This document shows, in pieces, positions 1-12,738 of a stretch of DNA of 64,000 bases; positions within the stretch are counted from its first letter, which is position 1, and each line of letters starts with the position of its first letter. The notes beneath the pieces were generated by a model. The model was not told the origin of the DNA. It searched no databases and saw only the letters and a list, made by a program, of their open reading frames with translations. Position numbers and translations under genes: made by a program. Source of the stretch: Mytilus edulis (taxonomy: Eukaryota); assembly GCF_963676685.1 (NCBI RefSeq), contig NC_092354.1:63364001-63428000 (forward strand), written 5' to 3'.

Positions 1-259
1 TATGGTAAACCACAATCTAAGACGTGGAAAACATGTCCTTAGTTTGTGTAGACACAGCTATAAAAAAAGTCCTGTCATATTCATTATGATTTTTATTGAA
101 CAGGAACTAAAACTTATGTATGTTATACTTTTTGCATTTTAAAATTGTTGATACACCGGAATATAAGAATCACGCTTAATTAGCAAATGAATAATAAAAA
201 GATAAACTGCTTTTATAATAAAACATTGGAAAAATTAAATACTGATGGCTATATATTAA

Positions 260-313
260 TTAATTTGAATTGCTGTTAACCAGACATACTACTAAGATGA
301 TTGAAAGCTTCAT
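260..313 (-). pseudogene. Truncated signal-peptide exon of the GGN/W-rich family (MKLSIILVVCLVNSNSN*)
   Basis: ATG AAG CTT TCA ATC ATC TTA GTA GTA TGT CTG GTT matches the family exon 1. It then jumps into intron-homologous sequence and stops at TAA 260-262, so the donor is lost. The promoter homologue follows at about 314-560 with an altered TATA (TATAACA). Confidence 0.8.
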
Positions 314-866
314 ATTTCTCTAAATTTCTACTTTGAGAGATGGGGTACAGACGTGTTATAGTCTTGATGAGGACATACAAACAATAATATTAGTAAAACC
401 ACGGATGTGTTTTAATTGATATGAATAGTTCACGTCAGTGATGGGGCGTTTTCCGATATTTAAGCACAATGATTGTTTTGTAGGTTGTACAGTAGAAATG
501 ATCGCTGAATAGGTACAACCTTCTATCATATTTTCTCCGGAAAGGGAAAAGTCAAATAAACAGAAAGGAAATTCAACATCGTCAATTGTTCGAAGTGTCT
601 TAAAGCGTTATTATACTTGAAAACATATGCAGGAAACGAATTCAACATAACCACCAGGCTTAAAATATAGAAACAGACACGTTTGTTTCACTTTCATTAT
701 GTAAACTTCTTTCTTCATTTTACAGTAGACAGTTAGGACAATAATGGAGAAAAAAAATAAATGTATGTGGTAAATACGACATGGCATGTTGCGTTAACGA
801 TATATAAGTATGGTACTTATTATGCTTAAGAAATAAAATTGTTTGTCATTTGAATAAACATGTTAA

Positions 867-1458
867 GGTGGTATGGGAGTCTAAAATAAAAATGATAGAA
901 TTTGTTCATACTTTGCCAAAACGTAGTATCTATTGATATATGTTGAAAAATATAATAAAAATGATAGGTCACCGCGCATTTTCTCAAGCTACAGGACGTG
1001 ACAAAATGACACATTTTGTATGGATTATACAGGAAAAACACCATTTTGTGATTAGAAACTAAACAAAATGATAGAATTGTTATATACTTAAGGAAAAGAT
1101 AGCTTTCAGACAATGCTTTGAGAAAATCAAAAGAAAAGATAGGGTCACCGTACGTTTATTCTGGCTAAAATACAAAATAGGAAAATTCCATGTAGAATCC
1201 TTCAGAAAATGCACTGTTTTAGAGTTACCTCCTCTTAAAATGCCAATTAAAATTTTTTTTTAAAACAACCAAAAATAATCAACACTTGCAAAAATATTAA
1301 TATTTATAAGTTATATTCTTATAAATTGGTTCTTTTAAATGAAAATTCACTTTGAATATCTGCATTCCTGCATCAAATTTTGCTAACTTGATAGAAAATC
1401 TGGACCTTGAGTTCTCTGTTTTTTACAATCCAAGATGGAGGAAGACACCCATACCACC
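867..1458. mobile_element. Non-autonomous TIR DNA transposon, TTAA-flanked (Kolobok-like)
   Basis: Terminal inverted repeats ggtggtatgggagtct / agacacccataccacc, with ttaa on the left and ttga on the right. The element is absent from the paralogous position near 6880. Confidence 0.65.
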
Positions 1459-1789
1459 TTGAATGATAAGTTATTATGCAAAAGTCATATGAAACTTCAA
1501 GTTAAGAAAAAGGTTAAAGAAACTGGTAGTGGTACAAATAACAAGGCCGATAAGATGATAGTCAGCTACATTTCCCTCTAAATTTCTAAATTTTGAATTT
1601 AATTTTTGCAGCTGTCATCCAAAGTTGAAATGAAGTGATAGTTGCAATTATAGGCAACCGTACGGACTTCAACAATGAGAAAACAAAATACCGTATAGTC
1701 ATCACAAATATTAGCAAGGAAGGTTATCATCAACAAAAAACAATATATATTATTCGCTCTTTGTATGGTAAGGTGTGTTACTACGTCTT

Positions 1790-2195
1790 TTGATTGATTT
1801 AAGCCATTTCAATTGATATTTTATAGTTTGTCTTTCTATGTTGTGATGTTACACTATTGTTTCAGAAAAGGGTGAAGGTTTGGTACCAATAAAAGTTTAA
1901 ACCCGCTGCAATTGTTCGCATCTGTCCTAAGTCAGGAATTTGATGTTTAGTAGTTGTCGTTTGTTGATGTGATTCATAAGTGTTTCTCGTTTTTATGTAG
2001 ATTAGACCGTTGGTTTTCCCGTTTGAATTGTTTTACACTAGTAATTTGTTGGGACTTTTGATAGCTGGCTGTTCAGTGTGAGCCAAGGCTCCGTATTGAA
2101 TACCGTACTTTGACCTATAATGGTTTACTTTTATAAGATGTGACTTGGATGGAGAGATGTCTCATTGGCACTCATACCTCATTTTCTTATTTCTA
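1790..2195. repeat. Interspersed repeat (second copy 31940-32320; inverted fragment 47655-47735)
   Basis: About 400 bp of near-identical sequence (cctaagtcaggaat...ttggatggagag...ctcattggcactcatacc) at dispersed positions. Confidence 0.75.
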
Positions 2196-2399
2196 TATGT
2201 ACAGTAATTATTTTCATTTAATGTACTTTGGTGCAAACTTGTACATAAACTAGTCTGGTGAAACCTGCAATACTGCCTTCAATAGCAACGTGGAGCAACA
2301 CATATCTTTTAGTAGATGAATTAGGACCAATTTATAAAGATACTTTTTATCCCGAATCGATCTTTCTATCATACGAAAAACAGGTTGACAGATAACATG

Positions 2400-2900
2400 A
2401 AGCGATTTACATATACTACACGTTCATAGTCTACTTTCGTGCCTCTGATGCGAGCGCACGGTTATGTTCAAATTACTGTTTTCATCAAGTTCAATTTTGG
2501 CTCCTGCATTTAAGTCATGCTGATGCCATTCAAATTTATCGATTGCAATGGAAATAAATTATACTTTAAGCTCAATGATAAATTGCAAGATACACGCAAT
2601 ATTCGTATAGTGTTAGATAAAATAGAAGTTCATTTCCCCGTGAGCTCTTACTTGTGAGAGAGAGAAATATATCTTTTGTTGTTTCAGTGAGGATGAAATA
2701 ATACGTTTATTGATAAGGTAATGGGATGTGTTTCAATTGGTTTGAGTATTTATCGGCATATACAGATTTCCGATCCTTGAGTGTTGTTTATAATGTTTTT
2801 TTCTTGTTGTACATCAAGACAGAAATTGTAGCTGATTGGATACAAGCTTTAGTTATCTATTGATCAATGTACGTAAGAGGAAAAAGGAAAAGGTTAAATG
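2400..2900 (-). pseudogene. Degenerate promoter plus exon-1-like relic (copies at about 8520-8985 and 20630-21055)
   Basis: The family promoter blocks (gtgagag, gatattgataagg, cagatttccgat.cttgag, tgtac..aagac, gctgatt) appear in the same order. They are followed by ATG AAC TTC TAT TTT ATC TAA. The other two copies have lost the ATG. Confidence 0.5.
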
Positions 2901-3897
2901 TTAACCAAGGGTCAAGGGTATCCTCAAACATTAACTTTGTCGAAAGCCGATGTAGAAAATTTAATAATTTAAAAATGATTTTTTTCTTTTATAAACGACC
3001 ATAAAGTCAATCAAATAAGTAAAATGTAAACACTAATTTTGCTAATTTTAACATTTGTTCTGAATGTTTATCGAAATGGTCATGCTATCCATCGAAATTA
3101 TTTTCCAAATTCATATTTCTTTCCTGTGTATATGATTTGTGATTGATAAAAGTCCAGTGACACATATTTCATGAATGTTCTGGGTTATTTATGATTTGTG
3201 CACGTAACCTAATATTAGTGGGGGTCATTGATGTACTATTATTCCGTAATTAGAAATAAACAATAAATTTAGATAAAGTTATATAGGAAGGTAGCATAAT
3301 ATTGCTGACAACTTGTATATTTATGGATTATAACATGTCTTTTTTCCATATTAGCTCGGTATTACCCCGAGATTGCAAAATGAGCTAAAGGCGCAAGCCG
3401 AGTTTTCATATTGGCCGAGGGATTTTACCAGGGCTAGATTTAGGAATGAACGCAGACTGTAACAATTGTGATTTTCGAAAAAAAAGTAACCTTACCGTAG
3501 CAAGATAATATGTCATTTCTTTCAGTTTTTGATGGTTCAATGTAAGATAATGGCAGATTTGAAAAGTGTCTGTAAAAGTTTTGGACGTCAACTTGTTTTA
3601 AATTCGGGATGATTTTAAGTTTGGTGTAGAGTATATAAATCTATATTGTTGAAGACGGTATAAAAACCTCTAAATGTTCGCTTGTTTATTTGTGTTGTCA
3701 GGTACTTTCTTATTGGTATAGTTACCACACTCCAATATTCAATAAGTTCACGTTAGAGCATTAAACAAGATAATCACATGAGAACAAAATTTTATTGATA
3801 TGTTTTTGTGACTTCAAAACAAATAAATCAGAAGAAATATTTGAATATTTTGTCACATGTTCATTTGTCATTAGTTCGAAACTCTGTCAGTTATATC

Positions 3898-6287
3898 TTA
3901 GCGTTTTCCACCATGTCCGCCATTTCCACCATTCCAACGACCACCGTTTCCTCCATAACCTCCATATCCACCGTTTCCTCCATTACCACCGTCCCAAGTA
4001 CCACCATTTCCACCTCTCCCATAATTCAAACTGTCTCCTCCATTCCCGTCTTTCCAAGTACCACCATTTCCACCATTCCATCCGTTTCCTCCATTCCCGC
4101 CATTCCAAGTACCACCGTTTCCGCCATTTCCAAATCTGGGCTTCCAAGGCTTTGGTGGTCCTTAAAAATGAAACACGTCATAATTAAAGTGTTGGGTCAA
4201 AAGTAATCACTTCTTGAGAAATCAAAATTATTAAAACCTGTTTTACGAAACCACTTAAGAGAGAGCAAAAACGTGGTCTCTAAAGACAGGTGGACTTTAA
4301 AAACAGGTTCATTTTTTTTTAAAATGTACTCAAGAGAGATCTAAAATTAATTGTCTTACAACACATGTTTTTGTTTTATACAGGTGTTCTCTTAAGCATG
4401 TTTGACTGTTATTACAAAAAATATGCTAACGGTATCAAGTATGTATATGAAGCAGTACTCCTGCAAAACTTTCTCAAAGACGAAAGGAAATATTCAATCA
4501 TAGTTCAGATGTAGTGGTCAAGTCCTAAAAATAGCATTTGAAGGAGTTCTTCAATCAAATCTTTACTGACATTAAGGATGCTACTGATAATAGGTTTATA
4601 TTTTGAACTTTTGTTTAAAAAATCACCACAGAGAAACGACTTCAAACTGTATCTATGACAAACCTGACTAATTCAGTTTAATATTTTAACTTTTCATCTT
4701 ATAGTAGGAACAGATCTGAGTCTCAATCGTGTGACATATTTATCAATCGGCAATCCTCGGGAGACTCCGCTACTCTCCTTCTATGAGGTTCGGAATCGGC
4801 CGAGTTGTGACGAATGACACATTTATGTCTCAAATCATGCCTCGCGCATGTGCATGTTTAACAATACAAACTATATTATTTTCATAATCGTATTGGAAGA
4901 CAGTTTGCATAATTCAGAGATGTTTTGTCAACACTGATCGTTTATAGCCACAAAAAAGCTTTTTTAAATAGATAACTTGGACAATTTTTACGTTTGGTTG
5001 TAATACGTAGTACGGTTAATCACAAGACATACCAATTAAGCTGAAAAAGCTACATTATGACGATGTCAGCATACGCATCGTGCCGTCGTCAAAGTTGAAT
5101 TCAAACATTGATGTATCTTAGTAATACAAGAAAAGAAAACTCAAAACACATCAATTATAAGAGGAAAACAACAAACGACAATGCAACATACATGAAAAAA
5201 CTATAAGTTATTGTTCATGACTTGTCACAGGACATTTTAAGAAAAAAAGATGGGCTGTACCTGGTTTGAATGCTAGCCGAATCTCGCTATTTATGGTAAT
5301 ATTAAATATACCGCTAAAATGACAAAAGTTAATGTACATGACGGGAAAACAATATGACGGAGAAATACATAAATAAATAATACAAGAGTACATTTCGACG
5401 CACGAGTGTAATAACGCCACAAAAAGTAACGTCACAGAGAAAAAAAATCAATAAACCTTCCAATAAGGTTTCAATTATGGTATTTAATGTAACTTATAAG
5501 AATTACAAGAATATTAATATAGAATTGTTATGGTAATTGTGCAACTACCTATGTCGGCCTTTTTACCTAATCAAACTGTGTAATAAACAATCCTGTGCAC
5601 ATAGTTGATTTAAACTAAAATCATACAAGTGAACTGGGAGATTAATTATCTCTTCTTTTAGATACGAATAAAACATAAAAAAAGAATCACAAAAACAAAC
5701 ATTAAGACACAAAACAATATCCGATCAGATTTACAAATACAACTTATTAACTAAATATGCGAATTCACAAGTAGAAAAGCAGTCATATTAAGGATTAGGT
5801 CACGTTAGGTACTTAAAAGACAGGACAACATAAATGGTAAACCACAATCTAAGACGTGGAAAACATGTCCTTAGTTAGGACTAGCTTACACACACATATA
5901 TTGTCATATTGATTAGCAGTCTTTTATAAAACTTGTGTATGTTATACTTGTTTGTATTTTAAAACTTTTAATACATCGAGATCGGAATAAAATAGTACGC
6001 TTCTTTAGCAACTGAATAAGAATAGAAGTAAGAAAAACTGCGTTTAAGATAAAACATTTGAAGAAATAAATACTGATGGCAATGTATTGATTAAATTTAT
6101 TTGCCATTTACCAGATGTTCAAGTAATACTTTAAAACAAACTCCACAGTATAATGATATAGAGAAATAAGATTTATGAAATCATGTGAAAAACATGAATG
6201 ATAATTGATATACATTTACTTACTTCTAACCCAAGTTCCAGAAACTGCTACAACCAGACAAACGACTAAGATGATAGTAAGCTTCAT
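3898..6287 (-). CDS. Secreted Gly/Asn/Trp-rich protein A1, 108 aa; exons 6224-6287 and 3898-4160
   Basis: Exon 1 encodes MKLTIILVVCLVVAVSGTWVR, then A|gtaagt. Acceptor tttttaag|GA restores the frame: RPPKPWKPRFGNGGNGGTWNGGNGGNGWNGGNGGTWKDGNGGDSLNYGRGGNGGTWDGGNGGNGGYGGYGGNGGRWNGGNGGHGGKR*. TATATAA at 6327-6333; AATAAA at 3791-3796. Confidence 0.9.
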
Positions 6288-6540
6288 TTTCCTCGTAAGT
6301 TCTACTTTGTGAGAGGAGTACAGATGTTATATAGTCTTGATGAGGACATATAAACACGGATATAAGTAAGGCAACGGGATGCATCTTAATTAATATGAAA
6401 AGTGTATGTCCGTCATGGGCAGATATCCGATACTTGAGCACAATGATTATTTTGTAGATTGTACAATAAGACAAAATGATGGCTGAATAGGTACAACCTT
6501 CTATTATATTTTTTTACGTATAAGGAAAAAGGAAAAAAAA
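6288..6540 (-). promoter_or_regulatory. TATA-containing proximal promoter of A1, conserved across the family
   Basis: TATATAA lies about 40 nt upstream of the ATG. Collinear conserved blocks are shared with the promoters at 18164, 22136, 33181, 45874 and 55683. Confidence 0.75.
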
Positions 6541-8229
6541 AACAGAAAGAAAATTCATATTTTCAATTGTTCAAAGTGTTGAATTGCCTTTTGTAATTAA
6601 AAAAAAAACAAAAAAAAAAACAAAAAAAAAAAACAGTCATAATTTTTTGTCTCTTTTCTCACAATCATTTCAGACAAGATGTCATCATCAAATAAGGCAT
6701 TATTAAAAATGAAACAAGTTATTGCCAAATAATTAATAACGTTTAGTATGTTATTTTTTTTTATAAATGTATGTGGTTAATACGACATTGCATATCGTGT
6801 AAACGATATGTACATTTTTGTAAGCATAGTATTTATTATGCTTAAGTAATATAATTGTTTGTCATTTTAATAAACATTTTTAAAGGTAAGTACTTAGATT
6901 AAATTCATATGAAACTTAAATTTAGAAAAAAAAAATAAAAATAGACAAACCGATAAAATGATAGACAGCTTCATTTTCCACTAAATTTCTAAACTTTGAA
7001 TCGATTTTTTTCAACTATCCACCAAAGTTCAAATGAAGTGGATGTTTGCAATTATGAGCATCTATACGGTCTTCTACAATGAGAAACAATAAATACCTTA
7101 TAGTTATCAGAAATATTAGCAAAGATGGTCTTTATAAAAATAACTATTAAACTTGAAGAACCTTTATACATGATATATGTTATCTGACTTAGACCGCGTT
7201 CACATTGACCTAAACTCGGTATTGAGTAAGTGTAATGCACACGCTAACTTAACACAATTACGTTTTCATTGATAAAACTCAATTACTACATGTAGTTAAA
7301 ATTATGTTTTGTCTACATGCAGTCATTAGTCAATGTAAGCTTTGTGTGGGTTAAGTGTTCACAAAATATGGTATTTAGAACATGAATTTTATCATGTATA
7401 TTTAAAGACAAAACTTTTTTGAATGACATTTATATCTATATCATTAATTAAAAAAGTTGTTTACAGAGTTATAAGTCTATACTTGATATATTGCTTTGTT
7501 ACATAAAGAAAACCAACTTTAGGTAGCTCTAGTTAAATTATTAACCCCTTTTCATGACCTAATCATCGTCATTGGCAAACACATAATTTATTTGAAAATG
7601 TTGTCCAGAAACAACTGGACGTACAAAGAAATATGTGCTGGTCTTTACTAAATAACAAATACCTCATCAATACATTACTAAAAAGAGTGCGGTAAATTGT
7701 ATAGTTAAGTTAGTATCTCAGTTACGGTAAAATGCACTTAGAAATAAAAAAAAGTATTATTGTGCAATGAACGAATTGTTATTTTAATTCCGAATTCGTA
7801 GTTATTAAGAAGTATCTGCATGATATTATTTGTTCATTGCTGTTAGTTGTTTTGTAATTGTGCAACACGTCGACTGCCTAATAGCAAACAAGTGTGAAAT
7901 TGTTGATCACTGCTTTGTCGTTTCTAAAATGACTTCATAAAGGAGCAACTATCTTAAAAAAAGGGGGGATGTTATGTTTTTTTTTCATAGTCTTTTTCGA
8001 GCGAACGCTTTCATGAGTTTTTTCAACGCTATCAATTAAATTATTTTTTCAATATTTGACACGGTAAGGTATGGGAAAACATAGTACTCAGATTTGTTTT
8101 GTGTCCTCTTCTTGACCAGAATATATCTTTTAATTTTTATCAACATGGGATCAGAATATTTTTTTAGGGAAAAAACGATACCCCCCCCCCTTTTTGAACA
8201 AGTGTGGACAAATCTGATGTACAGGTTAT

Positions 8230-8360
8230 TAAATGTTCTTCAACTTTGTACTTGTTTGACTTTATAACTATTTTGATCTGAGCGTCACAGATGAGTCTTA
8301 TGTAGACGAACGCGCGTCTTGCGTATCAAATTATAATCCTGGTACCCTTGATAACTAATA
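8230..8360. repeat. Short interspersed repeat (gagcgtcactgatgagtcttatgtagacgaa.cgcgcgtctggcgt); copies at about 12850-13200, 20470-20600, 27680-28020, 29255-29400, 30600-30765
   Basis: The same core recurs in both orientations at six or more places. Confidence 0.75.
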
Positions 8361-10468
8361 TAGTCCTGTAAAATTATTAATACTGCATACATAGCAAAAT
8401 GGAGCAACGAGTAGCTTTTAATTGATAACTAGTACCAATTAAAACGCATATCTTGTAATTAACGAAAAACATGTTGATAGTTAACACAAAGATTCATATA
8501 ATACTATATAAATAGTATAGTATGTTGGTCCTGGTGTGAGTAGACGGTTATGTTCAAATTACTGTCTACATTAAAGTTCAATTGTGGGTCCTATTTGCAA
8601 TCTGCATTAACATTCATATCAATGTCATTCAAAACCATATCTATCGATCGGAATTTAAAACAAATTCTACCTTAAAGCTAAATGTTAAATTGCAAGATAC
8701 ACACACTATTCGTACAGTGTAGGATAAAATAGAAGTTAATTTTCCCATTGGCTCTTTCTAGTGAGAGAGCAATATATCTTTTGTAGTCTGAGTGGAGTTG
8801 AAATTATACGGATATTGATAAAAATAATAAAATGCGTTTAAATTGGTTTGAGTATTTATCGACATTTGCAGATTTCCGATACTTGAGCGATGTTACAATG
8901 GTTGTTTGTTGTACACAATGACGGAAAGTGTAGCTGATTTGATACTAGCTTTAGTTTTCTTTTGAACAGGAAAAAAGAAAAAGTTAAATATTAATACATA
9001 CAATTTTATAAAATGATGTGTCAGTCTTAAACAATGAAACAAAACCACATACCATAAACATGTAGTCGGCTGTTACAGATCTTATATCGAGCATATAAAA
9101 CAAGTCAATTGAGAAAACTAACGATATATTTGTAACAAAACAATCAACAACAAAAAAGTGATATACATGAACTAACGACATCCACTGAATTACAGGCTCC
9201 TGTATTGATACTATGTTAACTTGACCATTAAATCGTCCGTTCATATATTTGACAGTATATCTATATTGGTTAACCCACAATACTGCATATTTGCAAATAA
9301 ATGCAACATATTCCTTCTTATATACAAACAATATAAAAGAATTCAAATACAGCCGAATGTGGGGATGTGTGTGTAGGAACAAAACCTACAGACAAATTAC
9401 ATAATAACGTGAGTTCATGAAAAGCCGATTGGCATTTTACAATAAAAGCTGTGAATATGCTTGTAAAATTCTGCATGATATTATGAGTCTGTTTACATGC
9501 ATAAAGGTTAAAAACCTAAGCGTCAGTAAAAAGTCGTTAATCATCGAAATGCGCATGTATTGCATTGAAATCGCCACGAATAATGTCATTGTGTACATAT
9601 GCGTGATGTGGTGAGCTATTCAATCTACATTCCCAATATAATTTGCCAATATCAGGTGAAGTCACACTTTTAATATCTAAAGAAAATTGTTGCTTTTTGT
9701 CGTGCTCGAACACGTATCGTAGAATATCACGCTAAATTCATTTTGAAGACGTATGGTTAATTTCCATTTAGTTCAGGTCACACTGTAGCTAATTCACAAA
9801 CGTTGCTTTATTTTCAGATGCATTACTTAAAGTTCTAATGCGATAGTTCTGTATTTTAATATCCGGTTAAGATATGTTTCGGTGTAATTTCATTTGAAGT
9901 AAAATTATGTTTTAAAAGAGAGGCGCAAGATACCAAATGGACATTCAAACTCTAAGTTTAAATTTCCGATATTGTGTCAAAACTGTCTTCAAAAGCAAAG
10001 AAGAGCGCAGAGTAACATTTGGATTGTATTGATAAGTGAAAATAGTTCAAACTCAGTTTAATGTATGTTTTTATACTCATTGGTATACAAGTTCATAAAA
10101 GAGCGTTCGAAGCACCTTTAAAGTGGCGTTCACTTTCTCTTTCAGTTTCTACTGGTAAGTTGTAAGTTGAAGGCAGATGTTTTATAGATTCTGTGAAAAT
10201 TTTGGACAACTTGTTTACAATACGGGATGATTTACAGTTTGATATAATGCATATATATATATATATACATACTTAAATTGACGACATATTCTAACCATTA
10301 AGTGTCTTTTGTTTATTGGTGTTGTCAGGATACTTTCTTATTGGTATATACACTCTGATTTTCAATAAGACATTTTTAAGCATTGGCAAATCAAAAACCC
10401 AAGTAAACACATTTCAATTTTTCTTTTTTTGTGACTTAAAAAAAAAAAAAAAAAAAAGTCAATATATT

Positions 10469-11745
10469 TTAGCGTTCTCCACCATGTCCGTCATTTCCAC
10501 CATTTCAACTTCAATTGTTTCCTCCACGACATCCATATTGACTGGTTCTTCCATTTCCACCATTCCAACGACCACCATTTCCTGCACGACCTCCGTGCTG
10601 ACCCGTTCCTCTATGTCCACCATTCCAACGACCACCATTTCCTCCACGACCTCAATGCTGACCGTTTCTTCCATTTCCACCTTTCCAACAACCAGCATTT
10701 CCTCCACGACCTCCATGCTGACCGGTTTCTTCATTTCCATCATTCCAAGTATCACCATTTTCTCCACGACCTCCATGCTGACCGCTTCCTCCATTTCCGC
10801 TATTCCAACGACCACCATTTCCTCCACGACCTCAATGCTGACCGTTTCTTCCATTTCCACCTTTCCAACAACCAGCATTTCCTCCACGACCTACATGCTG
10901 ACCGGTTTCTTCATTTCCATCATTCCAAGTATCACCATTTTCTCCACGACCTCCATGCTAACCGCTTCCTACATTTCCACCATTCCAACGACCACCATTT
11001 CTTTCACGACCTCCATGCTGACCGCTTCCTCCATTTCCACCATTCCAACGACCACCATTTCCTCCACGACCTCTATGCTGACCGTTTCCTCTATTTCCAT
11101 CATTCCAACGACCACCATTTCCTCCACGACCTCCATGCTGACTGCTTTTTACATTTCCACCATTCCAACGACCACCATTTCCCCCACGACCTCCATGCTG
11201 ACCGGTTCGTCCATTTCCACCATTCCAACGACCACCATTTCCTCCATGACCTCCATGCTGACTGGTTCCTCCATTTCCACAATTCCAATGACCAGGATTT
11301 CTTCCACGACCTCCATGCTGACCGCTTCCTCCATTTCAACCATTCTAACGACCACCATTTCCTCCACGACCTCCATGCTGACTGCTTCCTCCGTTTCCAC
11401 CATGCCATGTATCACCATTCACACTATTCCGACCATTTTCTCCATTCCCACCATTCCAAGTATCACCATTCACACCATTCCGACCATTTTCTCCATTCGC
11501 ACAATTTCCTGCATTCCCACCGTTTTCACCAATCGAACCATTTGCCCCATTCCCACCATTCAAAGTATCACCATTAACACCATTCAAGGTATCACCATGT
11601 CCAACATGTCGGCCATTTTCACCATTTTCACCATTTTCATTATTCGAACCGTGTCCACCATTCCAAGTACCACCGTTACCACCATTTCGACCGTTTCCTC
11701 TATTTCCTCCATACCACGTTTCAACATGTCCATCATTTCCAGTTC
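10469..11745 (-). pseudogene. Repeat-expanded terminal exon of family member C (about 15 x 60-bp units, GGNGGSGQHGGRGGNGGRWN); six in-frame stops and no recognisable exon 1
   Basis: Phase-1 acceptor ggattacag|GA ACT GGA AAT at 11745. The frame is unbroken to GHGGER* at 10469-10471. Premature stops at 11345, 11336, 10832, 10652, 10511 and 10505. Intron and far-upstream homology is present at 13260-13820, but the signal exon and TATA block are missing. Confidence 0.8.
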
Positions 11746-11857
11746 CTGTAATCCAAGCAGATGTAGAATAGTTTAATGAAGAAGCAGATGTATAATAATA
11801 TATTATAATGACGAGTTAAAAGTAATTGACTCTTATACTATATAATTGAAATAAATA

Positions 11858-12738
11858 TGTAGGACTCAAATCTATGGTGGGTTCCAAATCTATGGCAGAT
11901 CCCTAATCTACGGTAAATGTGACGTCATGCCATCCCAAATCTATGGCAGATTATTTACTACCCTAATCTATGGCAAGTTTTGTAGTTTCCTAATCCATGG
12001 TGGATTTTTATTGTTTCCAAATCTATGGCATTTTTTTGGCAAATGGAAAACAATGCAGTACATTTTCGGCCAATGACTTGTCTTAAGAAATATGAAATAT
12101 ACGACAACGGGAACATGTCTATAAACATTTGTGAAATAAACATTCCATAATGGTCAACCAAAAAAAGTAATAAATTATAAATTTAAAAACCTTTATACAG
12201 ACTTCAAAAATGAAATGATGTGCTCTAAAAAATAAACATTTTTTAATCTGTGGATTGTATCTGCTTGATGTGGATTTAATTCAAGTTTGTATCCGTTAAT
12301 TTAATCTTTTACTTTATAAACTTTGCCAGTCGTAGACCGTAGACTACTACTAAAACTCATTTCAAAAATATGCGATACTGAAAATAGTGGTTCCCTTATT
12401 CATCGGGGGCATTGACCGGTACAGCACATTTTGTCCCTCTTCGGAATAGTAGGTCACATCTTCCTTTAAACCACCGGCATATTTTTGTCAGGAAAATAAC
12501 TTCATCTTGAATGGTGTTCAAATCTATGGGTTCCGCCATCGTTAGCGGCGGCGAAGATGTGATATGGCGTTATTCAATTGTGACGTTATATGTTACTCTC
12601 TCCCCCAGATCTGCTATAGATTTGGAGTAAACAAAAATCTGCCATAGATTTGAGTTGCTTGGCGTTTGTAACGTCACATTTGCCATAGATTAGGAATCTG
12701 CCATAGATTTGGAACCCGCCATAGATTTGAGTCCTACA
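11858..12738. mobile_element. MITE with long TIRs, TGT...ACA ends and a 4-bp TSD (Ginger-like ends)
   Basis: tgtaggactcaaatctatgg ... ccatagatttgagtcctaca, with internal aatctatgg repeats. TSD aata at 11854-57 and 12739-42. The empty site is visible in the inverted paralogue at about 28125-28145. Confidence 0.85.

Noticed and set aside
3795-4206. His-rich and Ser/Thr-rich plus-strand ORFs (likewise 16151-16562, 24248-24574, 31467-31755, 52922-53335) and MEEMVV-type alternative frames
   Set aside because: These are alternative or antisense frames of Gly-rich exons, open only because of repeat codon composition.
4745-4830. GC-richer conserved intronic block in A1, A2 and A3 as an extra exon or ncRNA
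   Set aside because: It has no convincing splice sites or recognisable RNA structure, and its conservation matches the surrounding duplicated intron.
6226-6474. 82-aa ORF conserved in three copies (also 18102-18350 and 21950-22198)
   Set aside because: It has a TTG start, spans the promoter and overlaps exon 1 out of frame. Its conservation is explained by recent duplication.
10316-11776. 486-aa Ser/Thr/Ile-rich, mucin-like plus-strand ORF
   Set aside because: It is the antisense shadow of the GGN-repeat exon. It starts at TTG and runs through a poly-A tract, and the splice, stop and paralogue evidence all support the minus strand.
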